A stretch of DNA of 62,584 nucleotides, counting the filler, from Sphacelaria rigidula (Eukaryota): assembly GCA_964200075.2 (NCBI GenBank). It is 11 parts of 11 records of this genome, joined end to end, with 100 filler letters (N's around TTAATTAATTAA, not from the genome) between each part and the next. Parts side by side here need not be neighbours in the genome. Positions count along the whole stretch, not along the records: positions 56,987 to 62,584 come from CAXNAA020025986.1; 10 more parts are not named here. The stretch is one strand, 5' to 3'. Both the position numbers and the translations under genes were made by a program. The notes beneath the pieces are model-generated. The model did no database searches and was not told the origin of the DNA. It worked only from the letters and a program-made list of their open reading frames with translations. Positions 61,127 through 62,584 of this stretch are shown here, one piece after another; position 1 is the stretch's first letter, and each line of letters opens with the position of its first letter.

Positions 61127-62584
61127 CCCGTTGTTCAATGTCGGTTTTCTCAAAAGCTGCAGCGGGCACGCCCTGGTGGCTGTGCTGCTGTTGAATGAGT
61201 TTGCTTGATCAGTGTTTGTAGCTGCGCCCTCGTGTTCAACGAGCTAGTCCGACTGTCACCATCGAATGGAGAGATCGTGGGTTCGATGTTATGGATCGCG
61301 GCGTATTGGTGGTTGGGCAGTACGATGATGATGGGCCAGTCATTACGACGAAATAGTGTCCGGAGGGCTGACTGCGGTAACTGGCATGTGCCGCGGTCAG
61401 GGTGAGAATGTTTGGATCCGTTCGAGACGGTTACAGAAACATGCCTCGTTGCATTCAAAAATGAGCCGTTCGGCGTTGAACTGATCATTCCTTGTGCTGG
61501 ATACCGCTTGCTGTCATCATTCTGCCGTTTGCTGCACGATAACGATGAGCTAGTACATACAGTGAAAAAATATACCGCATGTTCGCTTAGGTAGTATATA
61601 CAGCCAGGGTATACATGAATTGGAACATCGCGTAATCGCTTGAAGCCGCTAAACTATGTGTTTATTCCCCGACACTTGAAGATCCACGTCCACAGGATGT
61701 GTACAGCGATCATGGTAACCAACGTAACTGAGATAATAGTAAAAACGAACTAGTGCACGGACATGTATTTGGTCTGCCACCCCATCTGTCCGTAACATCG
61801 ATTCCTGCCAGATGCGTTGGGTTTTTCTTCGAAGTACTGATTTCCATCGTCGAAAGTGTGTGTACATAAGTAGACAAAAAGTAATCGACTGAGTTCGTGT
61901 GACGAACGTTGACGCGGTGCGGGGGTGCAGATCCAAGCCACAAGACCAAAATGCAAGGCGTGTACTGGGGAGAGATAGGTGGATCCCGTGAGACCACGGA
62001 CTTGTCCCGAGGGACGGGGTTAAGAGTTTAGCAAGAAAAATAACGTTACAGGTACGTGGACGCCATCGTTGTCCTGGCTTACGACTGTATTTTCCTTTTT
62101 CTTTCGAAACCACGCACCACATACTAGTATCGAAGGGCAAGATTGATATTTTACTCCAAGGCGGAACATCGGATTTTACAAATTGAGGATGGATCTTTTA
62201 TGAGAATAAGAACCCAGAGAATTCAAATATTCCACGGTCAGGACAAATCAACTCGTGAGTCAACTCAGAGTCATCATTTCGACGAATAAATCATACGGTT
62301 CGTACATCATTTGTAATTCACACAGCCAGTCCTTCTTCATGACTCAAGGCGTGAATGGCTTGTACATGCACGCCATGTGTGACAAGTTCAAAGTGAGCGC
62401 CCGTACATGTTTCCCACCCGCGGATTAATGCGGAACCTACATAAGTCATACAGGTTAATTAATCTGAAGTCATGGGCCCTGAACCACACACACTTTTCTC
62501 CAACCTGTAATGCGCGCAAGATGCCTGCACTGCACAATATGCTATATGTTATCCACCCTCGGGTGAATGTAAGACCAACACTCG

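Overview
This is not one locus. The window is 11 unrelated contigs of 5,598-5,600 bp in descending size order, joined by an artificial 100-bp spacer (44 N + TTAATTAATTAA + 44 N), so adjacency across spacers means nothing. The DNA is intron-rich and repeat-rich eukaryotic sequence; a brown alga (Phaeophyceae) is my inference from intron style, repeat content and a flagellar gene. Gene fragments reconstructed by hand: the 3' part of a DENN-domain protein, a coiled-coil/possible PH-like protein (4 phase-compatible exons), the first three exons of radial spoke head protein RSPH9, an EDR2_C (DUF1336) protein, and a WDCP-like protein with a 3.7-kb terminal exon. Mobile DNA dominates. It includes a degenerate gag-protease LTR-type retroelement, an internally deleted plant-type mariner with TIRs and TA TSD, a tRNA-derived SINE, TTAA-, hAT- and foldback-type MITEs, and two more unusual families. 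The first is an abundant repeat with shared 3' ends, oligo(C) tails and 13-bp TSDs. The second is a ~210-bp TGT...ACA MITE with 5-bp TSDs that carries an internal (TTAGGG)n array. All family assignments come from recalled motifs; no database search was run.
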